Source of the DNA: a virus | Direction: 5' to 3' (one strand) | DNA: 64,000 nucleotides | IMG/VR virus record: IMGVR_UViG_3300044729_001198 | Location: 96,001 to 160,000 of that record | In this document: positions 53,119-63,002 of the stretch, one piece after another | How positions within the stretch are numbered: the stretch's first letter is position 1 | How the letters are laid out: the number at the start of each line of letters is the position of its first letter | Translations under genes and position numbers: made by a program | Notes under the pieces: generated by a model | Database searches by the model: none | Seen by the model: the letters and a program-made list of their open reading frames with translations, nothing else | What the model was told of the DNA's origin: nothing

Positions 53119-53355
53119 TTATGGGTTTAAATATTCAGATTCCGACTTTACTCCAACAAATCTTTTAGTTTCTACTCCGTTTTCCAACAAAATTACAGTT
53201 GGAATATTTCTTACATTATATTGTCTGGCCAAATCAGGTTGGTCATCTACAATTACCTTTCTAACAGGTATTGTATTATTGACTCTATCCATAACAGGAC
53301 CTAACATTTTACAGGGCCCGCACCAAGGGGCGCTGAAATACAAATATTGTCTCAT
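53119..53355 (-). CDS. trxA: Thioredoxin
   Basis: FSAPWCGPCK, VRNIPT. Confidence 0.92.
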   Translation of the reverse strand: MRQYLYFSAPWCGPCKMLGPVMDRVNNTIPVRKVIVDDQPDLARQYNVRNIPTVILLENGVETKRFVGVKSESEYLNP

Positions 53356-53358
53356 AAT

Positions 53359-55143
53359 CTATCCATCACAACTTAAACAATCAGGGTCAGTAGCACGACT
53401 GGCGATATCACCACGAAGTACCGATTCAGTTCTCATATAATAAAGGGTTTTGATTCCCTGCTTCCAAGCCTCCATGTGTACTTGGTTAATCCACTTTGGA
53501 GTTGCTTGTTGTGGGAACGCAAGATTCAATGATACAGATTGGTCAACATATTGTTGACGAATTCCAGCTTGTTTGATTAATTCTAATTGATTGATTTCTT
53601 TGAATGTTTTGTATACATCTTTAACCCAATCAACTTCTTTATTATCAATATTAGTTTGAGAAATGTCTTGGATGTTGAGTAACTTACCATTAACAAATCC
53701 CCAATTATCTAATTCAACAATATCTTGAACCGAACCACCATCTTGTAGAATCTTATCCCAAGTATCTTTATTATTGATACCAATTTTACGGAGAACTCGT
53801 TCCAATTCGGGGTTCTTACGAATGAATGTACCTTTAGCCGTTTGTTCAGTAAATACGTTAGCAGCCCATGGTTCAATTCCAGCAGATACATTACCACTCA
53901 ATTTTGAGTTTGATACAGTTGGAGCAATAGCCATCAAGTGAGTATTTCTCATACCAGTACCAACACACCATAGCGGTTCACCATATTCTTCAGCCATATC
54001 CCTACTTGCTCTTTCGGCTTCAATACGAATGCCAGAGAAAATTTTACGAGTTTCAAATTGAGCAGGTAAACCTTCAAAGGACATACCCTTTTGTTGTAAG
54101 TAAGTATGCCATCCGAGAACACCAAGTCCAAGAGCTCTACCCTTTTCGGCTGAACGAACTGAATTCTCAAATCCTCTCATGTTTTTAGCTCTCTGAATGA
54201 ATTCTTCTAATACACCATCCAAAAACCAAGTTGCGGTGTAAATTAGGTCGGTATCTTTCCATTCATCATATTTAGCCAAATTTACTGACGATAAACAACA
54301 AACAAACGAATGTGATTCATCAGTATGTAATGTAATTTCAGAACAAATATTAGTCATAAAGACTTTCAACCCATTTTGTTTATATGCCTCTGGATTTTGT
54401 TTGTTTACATTACCTTTAAACATGATATAAGGTTCACCAGTAGCTTTTCGTTTCTGAAGTACCTTACCCCACTTTCGTCTAGCTTCAGCATCACCCTCTT
54501 CAAGTTTTCTCATAAACTTATCACCGATAACAACACATTGATGTAGGTTTAGTGATTGACGATTCACATCACCCTTTGGTTCACGGATTTCAATCCACTC
54601 ATCAAAGTCACCATGCTCAATGTTTAAATTGATTGAAGCAGCTCCTCTACGAACTGAGCCTTGGTTTGTAGCAAGAATCGTTGAGTCGTAGATTTTACAA
54701 AAAGGAACTACACCATCAGATGTACCATTTCCGGTTATTTTTGACCCAGCAGACCGAATCATATTTACACCAAGACCAACACCACCACCATGTTTGGCAA
54801 GTAGCATCATTTCAAGGTTTTTTGCCCCAATTTCTTGAATGGAATCACCCACGTCAATACCAAAACAAGAAATCGGTAGACCCCTATCAGTACCAGTATT
54901 GGAAAGGACAGGAGTAGCAAGATTAAGCCACCCGCGCCAAATATAATCAAAAAACTTACTAGCAAGTTGAGGTTTACCCAACCTACGGGCAACAGCGGTC
55001 GATACGCGCCAGTAAGCGTCTTTTGGGGTTTCTCCGGCAAGGAGATATCCCTTTGAGATTGTTTTAACATAAATTTCGGTATTACCCCAGGTTGGAAAGT
55101 CTACTCCGAGCTCCCAACCCAATTCTTCTCCATGATTTTTCAT
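53359..55143 (-). CDS. nrdA: Ribonucleotide reductase class I alpha subunit (no ATP cone)
   Basis: ATPVLSN, PISCF, TNICSEI, CCLSS, GLGVLG, AIAPT, KTLYY and a C-terminal CLSCDG. Confidence 0.95.
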   Translation of the reverse strand: MKNHGEELGWELGVDFPTWGNTEIYVKTISKGYLLAGETPKDAYWRVSTAVARRLGKPQLASKFFDYIWRGWLNLATPVLSNTGTDRGLPISCFGIDVGDSIQEIGAKNLEMMLLAKHGGGVGLGVNMIRSAGSKITGNGTSDGVVPFCKIYDSTILATNQGSVRRGAASINLNIEHGDFDEWIEIREPKGDVNRQSLNLHQCVVIGDKFMRKLEEGDAEARRKWGKVLQKRKATGEPYIMFKGNVNKQNPEAYKQNGLKVFMTNICSEITLHTDESHSFVCCLSSVNLAKYDEWKDTDLIYTATWFLDGVLEEFIQRAKNMRGFENSVRSAEKGRALGLGVLGWHTYLQQKGMSFEGLPAQFETRKIFSGIRIEAERASRDMAEEYGEPLWCVGTGMRNTHLMAIAPTVSNSKLSGNVSAGIEPWAANVFTEQTAKGTFIRKNPELERVLRKIGINNKDTWDKILQDGGSVQDIVELDNWGFVNGKLLNIQDISQTNIDNKEVDWVKDVYKTFKEINQLELIKQAGIRQQYVDQSVSLNLAFPQQATPKWINQVHMEAWKQGIKTLYYMRTESVLRGDIASRATDPDCLSCDG

Positions 55144-55149
55144 AACTTA

Positions 55150-56160
55150 TTAAAATATATCAGACCAATCTTCACCCTCACCAGCCTTCGAATAATCGGT
55201 AGGTCGTAGAGCAAAAAAGTCGGTATGTGTTAAGCCGCCAGTCAAATGGTAAAACCATTCTAATTGTTCAGCTGATTCTTTATCATATTCAAAATAATCA
55301 TCACCACCGGCAAATGGATTGTATCCAAGTTCAGCGAGTTTTTCATTTAGTCTCTGATTGATAAAGTTTTTTAGGTCGTCTTTTTTAAGATTTTCAAGGT
55401 CACCCATTTCAAACATCTTGTCGATGTAGTTGTGTTCTAATTTCTGAATTAAACGAGCAGCTTCATAAACTTTAGGTTTAACGGACTCTAATAATTCAGG
55501 ATACTCATCACACATATGTCTGAATAGTTGACATCCCATTTTTGAGTGTAACGATTCATCACGAACCGACCACTTCATTTGTTGACCAATACCTTTCAAA
55601 AGATTTCTCATTTGAAACGAATAAAGTACAGCAAATGATGAGTATAATGATACTCCTTCAGCAAAAGCGGAAAATACAGCCAAGGAACGAGCAACGTCTT
55701 CACGAGCTTCGGAATTCCATTTCAAGTCTTCGGGTGTATAATCAGCCGTTGTATTAATTAAAACTTCGAACTTTTCAGCAGTAGCAGATTCATGTAAGAA
55801 CGCTTCAAAATCCTCAAGTCCGAGTGTTTCGTTTAAATACGAATAAGCCGTAGCATGAATGGTTTCTTGCGAACCAAACATCATAGCCATTTGTTTAATT
55901 TCATGTTTAGGAAACCATTTGGTAACCATACCAGTCCAATAGTCAGATACAGCACACTCGGTTTGAGCAAATCCTAATAGGATATTACCAACCAAGTTTT
56001 TTTCCGAAACTGACAAATTTTCATTCCAATCTTTTACATCACCTTGCATCGGAATTTCCGTGTGCAACCAGAATGCTTGTGCTTGTTTCAACCAACCTTC
56101 AGTATAGTATTCAGTATACTCAAAGGGTTTAAATGGTATACGATTATCAAATAGCGCCAT
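55150..56160 (-). CDS. nrdB: Ribonucleotide reductase class I beta subunit
   Basis: KPFEY, FW...E, ETIHATAY, EGVSLYSSF, RDESLH, DFF. Confidence 0.95.
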   Translation of the reverse strand: MALFDNRIPFKPFEYTEYYTEGWLKQAQAFWLHTEIPMQGDVKDWNENLSVSEKNLVGNILLGFAQTECAVSDYWTGMVTKWFPKHEIKQMAMMFGSQETIHATAYSYLNETLGLEDFEAFLHESATAEKFEVLINTTADYTPEDLKWNSEAREDVARSLAVFSAFAEGVSLYSSFAVLYSFQMRNLLKGIGQQMKWSVRDESLHSKMGCQLFRHMCDEYPELLESVKPKVYEAARLIQKLEHNYIDKMFEMGDLENLKKDDLKNFINQRLNEKLAELGYNPFAGGDDYFEYDKESAEQLEWFYHLTGGLTHTDFFALRPTDYSKAGEGEDWSDIF

Positions 56161-56218
56161 ATACAACTCTCCTTAAATTTTTGTTCATTTTTTCTAATTG
56201 GGTGATTATATATAGGTG

Positions 56219-57577
56219 TTAGAAATCCATCCCACCATTGATTTCTTTATATTTTTGTAACAATTCTTTTCTTACTAAACTCTCCCCACCTTTCATCTCT
56301 TTTTGTGTTTGTTTACCATCAATGGAAGCGTCATCAAATATCTGAATTTGACCATTTGAGAAGTTTGCTTTCGATGGGAAAGTCATACCATCAGGTCCAA
56401 ACCGATTCTTAATAACGTGCCATCGACCAGTACCACTTAACTTATCTTCAATCTTACGAGACAATGAAATTACAAAGTCAGCAGTCATCATTTTTGAGAA
56501 TGAACCTGCGATTTTAGTACCTGTAATAATGTCATCTTCTGCCCCACTACGATTGATTTGAGATGCCGTGTAAATTGGGACTTCATATTCACCAGCCATA
56601 CCACGGAGGTCTTCGATAATTTCTTCTAACTCTTCGTGTCGTTTTTCTTTGGACGGCCCTCTTAACAAATCAGCATAATCTACAATTACAACATCAGGAC
56701 GCTTTCCTTGTAGAATCATTCTATCCAAGTGAGCTCTTAACGAGGTTACACTGGCAGTCTTGGTAGGGTAATACTTTACAATTAGGTCACCCTTTACGGA
56801 CTTGACCATTTTGTCTACTTCCTCTCGGTTAAATTTTAGGTTAGCGACAGGTATGCCCGTTAAAACAGCATCATATCTTTGACCAACGTAACCTTCATTT
56901 AATTCCAATGTATAGTGGGCTACCGTCTTACCTTGTTTCATAGCATTAACACCAATGTTAATTAATGACCAAGATTTACCAATTCCCGGAGGAGCAGCAA
57001 ACATTACAAGTTCACCCTTACCAAAACCACCTTGTGTAACATCATCAATCACTTTCCAACCAGTAGATACCACGTTTCTAATTGTGTCTTCGTATCTAAC
57101 ATCAATCATTGTTTTGTAATCATGACCAATATCTTGTGATTGACCTGATTTCATAGCATCATCAATCTTTTTCTTGATTGTATCGTATTTACCTTGTTCG
57201 AGTAATGATACTGAATCGAGAATAGCGTTCTTGATTGATTGATTTCTACAAAACTCTACCGATTGTTCTTTTACATAGTCTAAATCCTCGCTTTCAAGAT
57301 TAGTCCAAGCGGATTTTAAAGTATCAACAATTGAAGTCTTTAAAACATCACGTTCAACCGAATTAATCTTTACCTTCAGTACATCGAGGGTTGGTAACGT
57401 CTCATATGTGTCCATATAGGACATTATTTCCTTAACCAACCACTCCGATGCCTCTGAATCGAAATATTGTGGTTTAAGGATATCAAACACCTGTCTGGTA
57501 AAAACTCTATCACCAAGTAAGGATGATATAACTTTTATCTGAAATGTGTTTGAGAACTTCGTTCCGAATTTTTCCAT
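56219..57577 (-). CDS. dnaB: DnaB-like replicative helicase (T4 gp41-like)
   Basis: APPGIGKS, YTLEL, VDYADL, TASQINR, KNRFG. Confidence 0.92.
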   Translation of the reverse strand: MEKFGTKFSNTFQIKVISSLLGDRVFTRQVFDILKPQYFDSEASEWLVKEIMSYMDTYETLPTLDVLKVKINSVERDVLKTSIVDTLKSAWTNLESEDLDYVKEQSVEFCRNQSIKNAILDSVSLLEQGKYDTIKKKIDDAMKSGQSQDIGHDYKTMIDVRYEDTIRNVVSTGWKVIDDVTQGGFGKGELVMFAAPPGIGKSWSLINIGVNAMKQGKTVAHYTLELNEGYVGQRYDAVLTGIPVANLKFNREEVDKMVKSVKGDLIVKYYPTKTASVTSLRAHLDRMILQGKRPDVVIVDYADLLRGPSKEKRHEELEEIIEDLRGMAGEYEVPIYTASQINRSGAEDDIITGTKIAGSFSKMMTADFVISLSRKIEDKLSGTGRWHVIKNRFGPDGMTFPSKANFSNGQIQIFDDASIDGKQTQKEMKGGESLVRKELLQKYKEINGGMDF

Positions 57578-57581
57578 AAAC

Positions 57582-57612
57582 CAAATATACGAATTTATTT
57601 TCTATTATCAAA
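57582..57612 (-). promoter_or_regulatory. Bacteroidota-type promoter
   Basis: TTTG-N19-TATATTTG. Confidence 0.75.
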
Positions 57613-58650
57613 ATGATTTTTAAGATTTGTGTCCAAGCTTGTGAATGAATTTCTCAACCACGAGTCCACATTAGCAAATGCGGTGTACAATTTATCGTAC
57701 ATGAACATTTTCTTGAACTCAACTAAATCAAGAGCAGGTCTATGGTCATCCATAATGGCTCTAACATTTGATTTAATTGATGATGAGATTTCAGGGTCTC
57801 GTAACTGCATTAAGTCGTAATTTAAAGTTATTGTATCTTTAGATTCTAACAATTTCTTTGATAACTTTTCATCACATTCAGTAGAACACCCATCCAAAAA
57901 CCCATCCAGAGATAATTCTCCATTATTCAAGAATGTCATTTTTTGAGAAATGGTTTTTTCACCAATACCCTTAACTCCTGATATATTATCCGAAGCGTCT
58001 CCGGTTATAACCCTATAAAATACCAAGTTTTGAGGTATAACACCATACTCTTCTCGTACCAAAGCCTCATCATACATTTTTTTCTTGGTAGAAGCCCAGA
58101 CGTTAATTCGTGGGTTTACCAATTGAAGAAAATCTTTATCAGATGATACAATTGTTACTTTTTCTTTGAAGTAATGTACAGCAAGATATGCTATAATGTC
58201 ATCTGCTTCAACGTGGTCTATGTAAGTTATAGTGATTGGTAGAACTTGTAGATATTCTATGAGTCTTGCAAATTGTTTTCTCATAGAGGCTGATTGGTCT
58301 TCTAAATCCTCATATCCAGCAAGTCTATTTAACTTGGTCAAGCCAGTACGACCCTCTTTGTATTGTTTATAAACTGATTTTCTACGATTAGAACCACCTT
58401 TACCATCGAACACAATAACAACACGAGTTGGTTTAAGAGTTCGGATGGTAGCAGCGGTGGACAGTAAGAAACCTGTCACACCACCACAATGTTCACCATC
58501 ATCATTTAAGGCAGGAACTGCACCAAAGACTCGAATGAACTGATTCAGTCCATCTATGATTAGAACTCTATCGTTTAACTCTTCAGTTTTTACTTCACTA
58601 TGTTCCTTTTCTACTTCTTTGAGCAGTTCTTTATACCTATTAATCATCAA
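57595..58650 (-). CDS. rnh: 5'-3' exonuclease / T4 RNase H-like (FEN family)
   Basis: LIIDGLN, VFDG, EADDIIA, SSDKDFLQL, GDASDNISGVKGIGEKT. Confidence 0.92.
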   Translation of the reverse strand: MMINRYKELLKEVEKEHSEVKTEELNDRVLIIDGLNQFIRVFGAVPALNDDGEHCGGVTGFLLSTAATIRTLKPTRVVIVFDGKGGSNRRKSVYKQYKEGRTGLTKLNRLAGYEDLEDQSASMRKQFARLIEYLQVLPITITYIDHVEADDIIAYLAVHYFKEKVTIVSSDKDFLQLVNPRINVWASTKKKMYDEALVREEYGVIPQNLVFYRVITGDASDNISGVKGIGEKTISQKMTFLNNGELSLDGFLDGCSTECDEKLSKKLLESKDTITLNYDLMQLRDPEISSSIKSNVRAIMDDHRPALDLVEFKKMFMYDKLYTAFANVDSWLRNSFTSLDTNLKNHFDNRK

Positions 58651-59776
58651 AATCAGTTAATTCAACATTATCAATATTAGCTTCTTCACCTGCCTCTTTG
58701 TAAGACATAATGTATGTGTCACAAATTTGTTGGTAAATCGTCTCCTTTAACTCGGGGTCACTTGTAAGCGTTTCTTCAAAGTTTTTAGCTTGGAACTTAA
58801 TTTCTTCACCTGTAATTTTGTTAACATAGGTGTACCAAGCCCCACTTTGATTTACAAGTTTGTAGGTCTTCATCATTTCCAACCAAGAACCATAATTATC
58901 AATACCACTATCAAAGTAGATATCATAATCAACCGAACGTAGCGGTGGCCCCATTCGATTCTTGATAACTTGAGCACGAGTTTTGATACCAACAACTTGT
59001 TCTACACCACCAACTTTAGCTTTTAACTGGCCCATTTGTTTCAATCGAAGTCTACATGACGAGTGGAATGCAATTGCCTTACCACCACTTGTTGTCCATG
59101 GGTCACCAAACGAGACTCCCATACGAGTACGAAGTTGGTTTGTAAAGATTAATGAGATACGTTCACGGCCAATTAGGTTTGTGACTTTTCTCATAGCCTT
59201 TGAAATGATAATTGCCTTTTGAGTTGCATAACCGGCTTGGTCATAGTCGGCTGAAATCTCAACCTTTGTAGAAGCACCAGCAACGGAGTCAACTACAATG
59301 GTAACCAACTTTTTCTTGTCACCATCAGCGGCTCTAACTGACTCGATAATTGAATCAATTGCTTCAAAGATGTCTTCAACGGTTTCCAATGGAACGTATA
59401 ACATCTTACGAATGTCCACTCCAATTGCTTCAAGAAATTCTTGGTTTAGAGCATTTTCGGTGTCAATGTAAACACCCAACCCACCTTTACGTTGCGTATC
59501 AGCAATAGCATGAGCCGCAAGGAGTGATTTACCACTACCTTCTAATCCTGTAATCTCGGTAATACGACCTACTGGCAAACCACCATGGGGTCTATTAGAG
59601 ATAGCCAAGTCCAACATAGGAGAGCCGGTAGACACCCACTCATCCAAATCGGTGGGTGTCTGTTCCGAGCCATCCAAGAAAAAAGCGACTTTGTGAGCCG
59701 ATTTGAATTTCTTGTTTAGATTGGTAGCGAGGATTGACGATAGTTCATCACGAACTGAATCTTTCTTTCCTGCCAT
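58640..59776 (-). CDS. recA: RecA/UvsX recombinase
   Basis: GRITEITGLEGSGKS, IDTENA, VVDSVAG, FTNQLR, GGKAIAFHSSCRL. Confidence 0.95.
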   Translation of the reverse strand: MAGKKDSVRDELSSILATNLNKKFKSAHKVAFFLDGSEQTPTDLDEWVSTGSPMLDLAISNRPHGGLPVGRITEITGLEGSGKSLLAAHAIADTQRKGGLGVYIDTENALNQEFLEAIGVDIRKMLYVPLETVEDIFEAIDSIIESVRAADGDKKKLVTIVVDSVAGASTKVEISADYDQAGYATQKAIIISKAMRKVTNLIGRERISLIFTNQLRTRMGVSFGDPWTTSGGKAIAFHSSCRLRLKQMGQLKAKVGGVEQVVGIKTRAQVIKNRMGPPLRSVDYDIYFDSGIDNYGSWLEMMKTYKLVNQSGAWYTYVNKITGEEIKFQAKNFEETLTSDPELKETIYQQICDTYIMSYKEAGEEANIDNVELTDFDD

Positions 59777-59779
59777 AAA

Positions 59780-60550
59780 TTAGTCGTTGAAAAGGTCGTC
59801 AAATGCTTCTTTTACACTGGCAGCACCACTTACTGATTTAGGTGCTGATTCAGATTGTGTTGGTACTTCAGCAGCAGGTTCTGCTTCGTCAGCAACTTGA
59901 CCAGTCTCTAACCATTGTTCAAGCATCTTATTCATTTCTTCATAAGAAACTTTCTTAAACATTGTAGACAAGTCAATTTGGTCTTTACACAATTCAAGGA
60001 TGTTTTTATCCTCTGAAACGGGAGTTGTGTTTGGTTTTACACGAATGTAAGTTTCTGGGTAAGATTTACCCACGTCAGCAGCCGACTTGAATTCTACAGT
60101 AATGTCACGGCCGGTCATAGGGTCGGTCAAATCACCATAGTCAGGGTCAGCGAAGAATGCCAACAATTCTTGATAAACTTGTTTACCAAATCCCCAAAAC
60201 TTAACACCTTCAGATTCTTCACCACGAACTAATACAGGAACGTAAGTACGCATCTTTGGAGTCAATTTTTTAGAAAGATTCCAATCATCACGATTTCCGG
60301 TAGCCTTCAATTTTTCAGCAAACTCTACCAATGGGTCAGCCCCACCATGAGAAATTGGAGATAGAACATTTTTACCACCAAAATCAAAATGGAAGTAAAG
60401 TTCAATAAAAGGGTTAGCGGGATTGTGGATGTAAGGAAGAATCCTAATTTGTTGTTTACCAGGTTGTGGTTTCCACAAGTTGTCAGTCTTTGTTACTTTG
60501 GTCTGAAGACTGTTCAGACGGTTTCGGATTGCATTTAAGTCAATAGCCAT
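59780..60550 (-). CDS. Single-stranded DNA-binding protein (gp32-like)
   Basis: LWKP..GKQQIRILP...FWGFGK.VYQ.L...DYGDLTD..TGRD; acidic tail ending FDDLFND. Confidence 0.8.
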   Translation of the reverse strand: MAIDLNAIRNRLNSLQTKVTKTDNLWKPQPGKQQIRILPYIHNPANPFIELYFHFDFGGKNVLSPISHGGADPLVEFAEKLKATGNRDDWNLSKKLTPKMRTYVPVLVRGEESEGVKFWGFGKQVYQELLAFFADPDYGDLTDPMTGRDITVEFKSAADVGKSYPETYIRVKPNTTPVSEDKNILELCKDQIDLSTMFKKVSYEEMNKMLEQWLETGQVADEAEPAAEVPTQSESAPKSVSGAASVKEAFDDLFND

Positions 60551-60589
60551 AATTTACCTTTTTTTATTTGTTAATTGTTAAACTTGTCA

Positions 60590-60621
60590 CTAATATACAA
60601 CATTTGGGTGACAATTCCAAA
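60590..60621 (-). promoter_or_regulatory. Bacteroidota-type promoter (variant) for SSB
   Basis: TTTG-N20-TATATTAG. Confidence 0.7.
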
Positions 60622-60661
60622 TGTATTTCAAAAAATATTTTTCAATGTTCAGTTTTTGTAG

Positions 60662-60691
60662 TACCTACTGGTATAATACCTACTGGTATAA
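60662..60691. repeat. Perfect 15-bp tandem repeat TACCTACTGGTATAA x2
   Basis: Each unit contains an internal TACC/GGTA inverted repeat; the second unit overlaps TATAAATA at 60687-60694. Confidence 0.85.
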
Positions 60692-60705
60692 ATATCAAGA
60701 TACAG

Positions 60706-61095
60706 TTAATTAACGTCAATTATCCTGAATAAAGATGTCTTGAGTATCTTGTAACCATCACCATCGGTTAAAATTACAGCATTTCTATAATCATTCCAAT
60801 GTATTTGGTAATCCTTGTCAACCATACCACCATTCAATTGTGATATTAGTCTATTCAAAGCATTTATAGTATACATGGTGTTTGTTTCTTTTTTACGATG
60901 AACCATGATGGTATTTGGTAAAAATGAGTTTGTAGAAGTTGGCATGATGTTATAACTTACAACCAATTCCTTCGATGGGTCTAACTTCAGTATGAATATT
61001 TTTTTGCTAAACAACTCAAATGATGACTGAATAGTATTGACCACATCTTCAAATGTGGATTCGTTTGTAAATGTACACAACAACTGCGTTCTCAC
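60706..61095 (-). CDS. Hypothetical phage protein (HRKKETNT.YTINALN motif)
   Basis: 129-aa ORF; the motif resembles a family I recognise from large Bacteroidota phages. Confidence 0.7.
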   Translation of the reverse strand: MRTQLLCTFTNESTFEDVVNTIQSSFELFSKKIFILKLDPSKELVVSYNIMPTSTNSFLPNTIMVHRKKETNTMYTINALNRLISQLNGGMVDKDYQIHWNDYRNAVILTDGDGYKILKTSLFRIIDVN

Positions 61096-61109
61096 TCATA
61101 TCTCCCAAA

Positions 61110-62999
61110 TTATTTTGAATATACTTGTTTATTAGCAGTTTCAAGTGTTTTAGCAAACCTCTTATCTAACTGCATTTCAAATTTTATCTGACCACCATAT
61201 CCAACACCATCTTCACGAACAACAATTGTAGCCAAAGGAATTACCTTACCATCAAGGTCAGCTTTATAACCCAAATATGGTGGATTGCCATCTTCAGCAA
61301 CTAACTTTTCTTTGATTTGTTCAAAGTCAGACGTTCCAAATATTTTCTCCATGACTTTTTTATCAAGTGAGTTTGGACCAATAGCCATAGTCTCTTCACC
61401 ATCTGAAACTGATTTTAGTGGGAACTCTTTTTTAATTTCTTCCAACATCCCAGCTTTCATTTTGGGATTGGTTACAATTGCTTTAACGGATTCGGCTTGG
61501 AACTTACGATGTGTCTCATCAACTTCTTTCATGTAAGCTTTAGCATCAGCATTACCAGAATCAGCGAGAGCCTTAATACCCTCTAACACAACTTTCGACT
61601 TACCTCTACTACCACCACCCTTTGACAAATCAGATAAGGCTTCATTAAATGATATTTTTTTGGACTTCATCGTATCAACCAAAGATTTAACGGATGGGTC
61701 GTTTGAATCTATCAATTTTTGAATGTCATTTGAAAATTTAGAACCAACTTCAGTAAGACGTTTTCTTTGATTTGATGAGTATACCTTTTGGTTGATTTCG
61801 TCTGGCAAATTATCATCCCATTCGGAAAATTTACCAGCACCTGAATTCAAGAAGTTTACCATTGTAGATTTTTTCAATGAAACCTCATCTAAAATTTCGC
61901 TACCATCTTTTAATTTGATTTTAGCGTACATATCACTTGAAAACCCTTTGTTCTTATTGTAATTTTTCAAACCAAGAGCTTCTACCTCTTCTTTGGTATC
62001 CCATGATGTTGCTACAATTTCAGCACCCGGATATTGTGAGCCAATTCGGTTTAATATAGCTTGCCTATTATTCTTTGCGGCTTGAATCCAACTCTTTGTA
62101 ACAATACGACTACCTTCAGTTTTCATTCCAGGATTATTCTTAATCAGAGCCGTTTCATGTGCTGATAAAGCATCGGTCAACTTTGTAAACTCATCATTGG
62201 TCATTGATGTACCCATCATGGTCATCAATTCTCCAGCTTGAGCTGATATTTGTCCGGCTCCTCCAGGAATATCACTAAAGTGTGACCACTTTGTAGCATC
62301 ACCAGTCGGTCTCGTATTCATCATACGTTCAAGAGCCTTCATATATCGTTTTGGGAATTTTGGATTAGAAACCAAATCTTCAGGAAGTTTGAATGCATCC
62401 GGTGGAGTTGGATTTGCTAATTTTGCGTTCTTTTTTGCAAAGTCATCATCGTTTGGAATCATGTCTTGACTAAATGCCTTCGATTCTAATGAATTTGTTT
62501 TTATTAAAGTCTTATCCTTACCAGAAATAATACGTTCTTCAGAAGCAGGTTCACCCTTTGGTTCATCCGCATCATCGGATGGGGTTGCCTTTTGCTTTGC
62601 CTTTTCAACATCATCTTTAGTAGCAGGGTCTTGTGTTTGTGGATTTAATTGTTTTACTTGATAAACCGAACCTGACTTTTTATTCTTTACCCAAGTTTCT
62701 TCATCGAGGTCTTGTTCTTCAGATTTCTCGTTGTACTTATCACGTTCAAGAGCTGTCATCATACCCAACTCGATTGTCTCAACATCTTTTTCACCAGCAG
62801 GTTCTTCTTTTTGAGCATCTTTGGGCAATCCACCACCCTCTAATAGAGTTTTTACATACTCATCAGCAAACTCATAACCAAAACCTTCAGCCAAAACTTT
62901 ATGCAATCCCATTAGTGAAGTTTCACTATAAGGGTTGGTCAAATCTATACCAACTTGAGACCACCATTTTCTGACTATTTTTTCGAACAATTTCTTCAT
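61110..62999 (-). CDS. Large probable internal-head protein with C-terminal nuclease-like motif
   Basis: Acidic N-terminus with LLE-G and LDE-E motifs; SSDMY...LDEVSLKK (D...xSLK, PD-(D/E)XK-like). Confidence 0.55.
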   Translation of the reverse strand: MKKLFEKIVRKWWSQVGIDLTNPYSETSLMGLHKVLAEGFGYEFADEYVKTLLEGGGLPKDAQKEEPAGEKDVETIELGMMTALERDKYNEKSEEQDLDEETWVKNKKSGSVYQVKQLNPQTQDPATKDDVEKAKQKATPSDDADEPKGEPASEERIISGKDKTLIKTNSLESKAFSQDMIPNDDDFAKKNAKLANPTPPDAFKLPEDLVSNPKFPKRYMKALERMMNTRPTGDATKWSHFSDIPGGAGQISAQAGELMTMMGTSMTNDEFTKLTDALSAHETALIKNNPGMKTEGSRIVTKSWIQAAKNNRQAILNRIGSQYPGAEIVATSWDTKEEVEALGLKNYNKNKGFSSDMYAKIKLKDGSEILDEVSLKKSTMVNFLNSGAGKFSEWDDNLPDEINQKVYSSNQRKRLTEVGSKFSNDIQKLIDSNDPSVKSLVDTMKSKKISFNEALSDLSKGGGSRGKSKVVLEGIKALADSGNADAKAYMKEVDETHRKFQAESVKAIVTNPKMKAGMLEEIKKEFPLKSVSDGEETMAIGPNSLDKKVMEKIFGTSDFEQIKEKLVAEDGNPPYLGYKADLDGKVIPLATIVVREDGVGYGGQIKFEMQLDKRFAKTLETANKQVYSK

Positions 63000-63002
63000 A
63001 AA

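Noticed and set aside
43792-59776. Inteins or introns in PolB, NrdA, helicase and RecA
   Set aside because: Lengths are normal and no intein boundary motifs or interrupted frames were seen.
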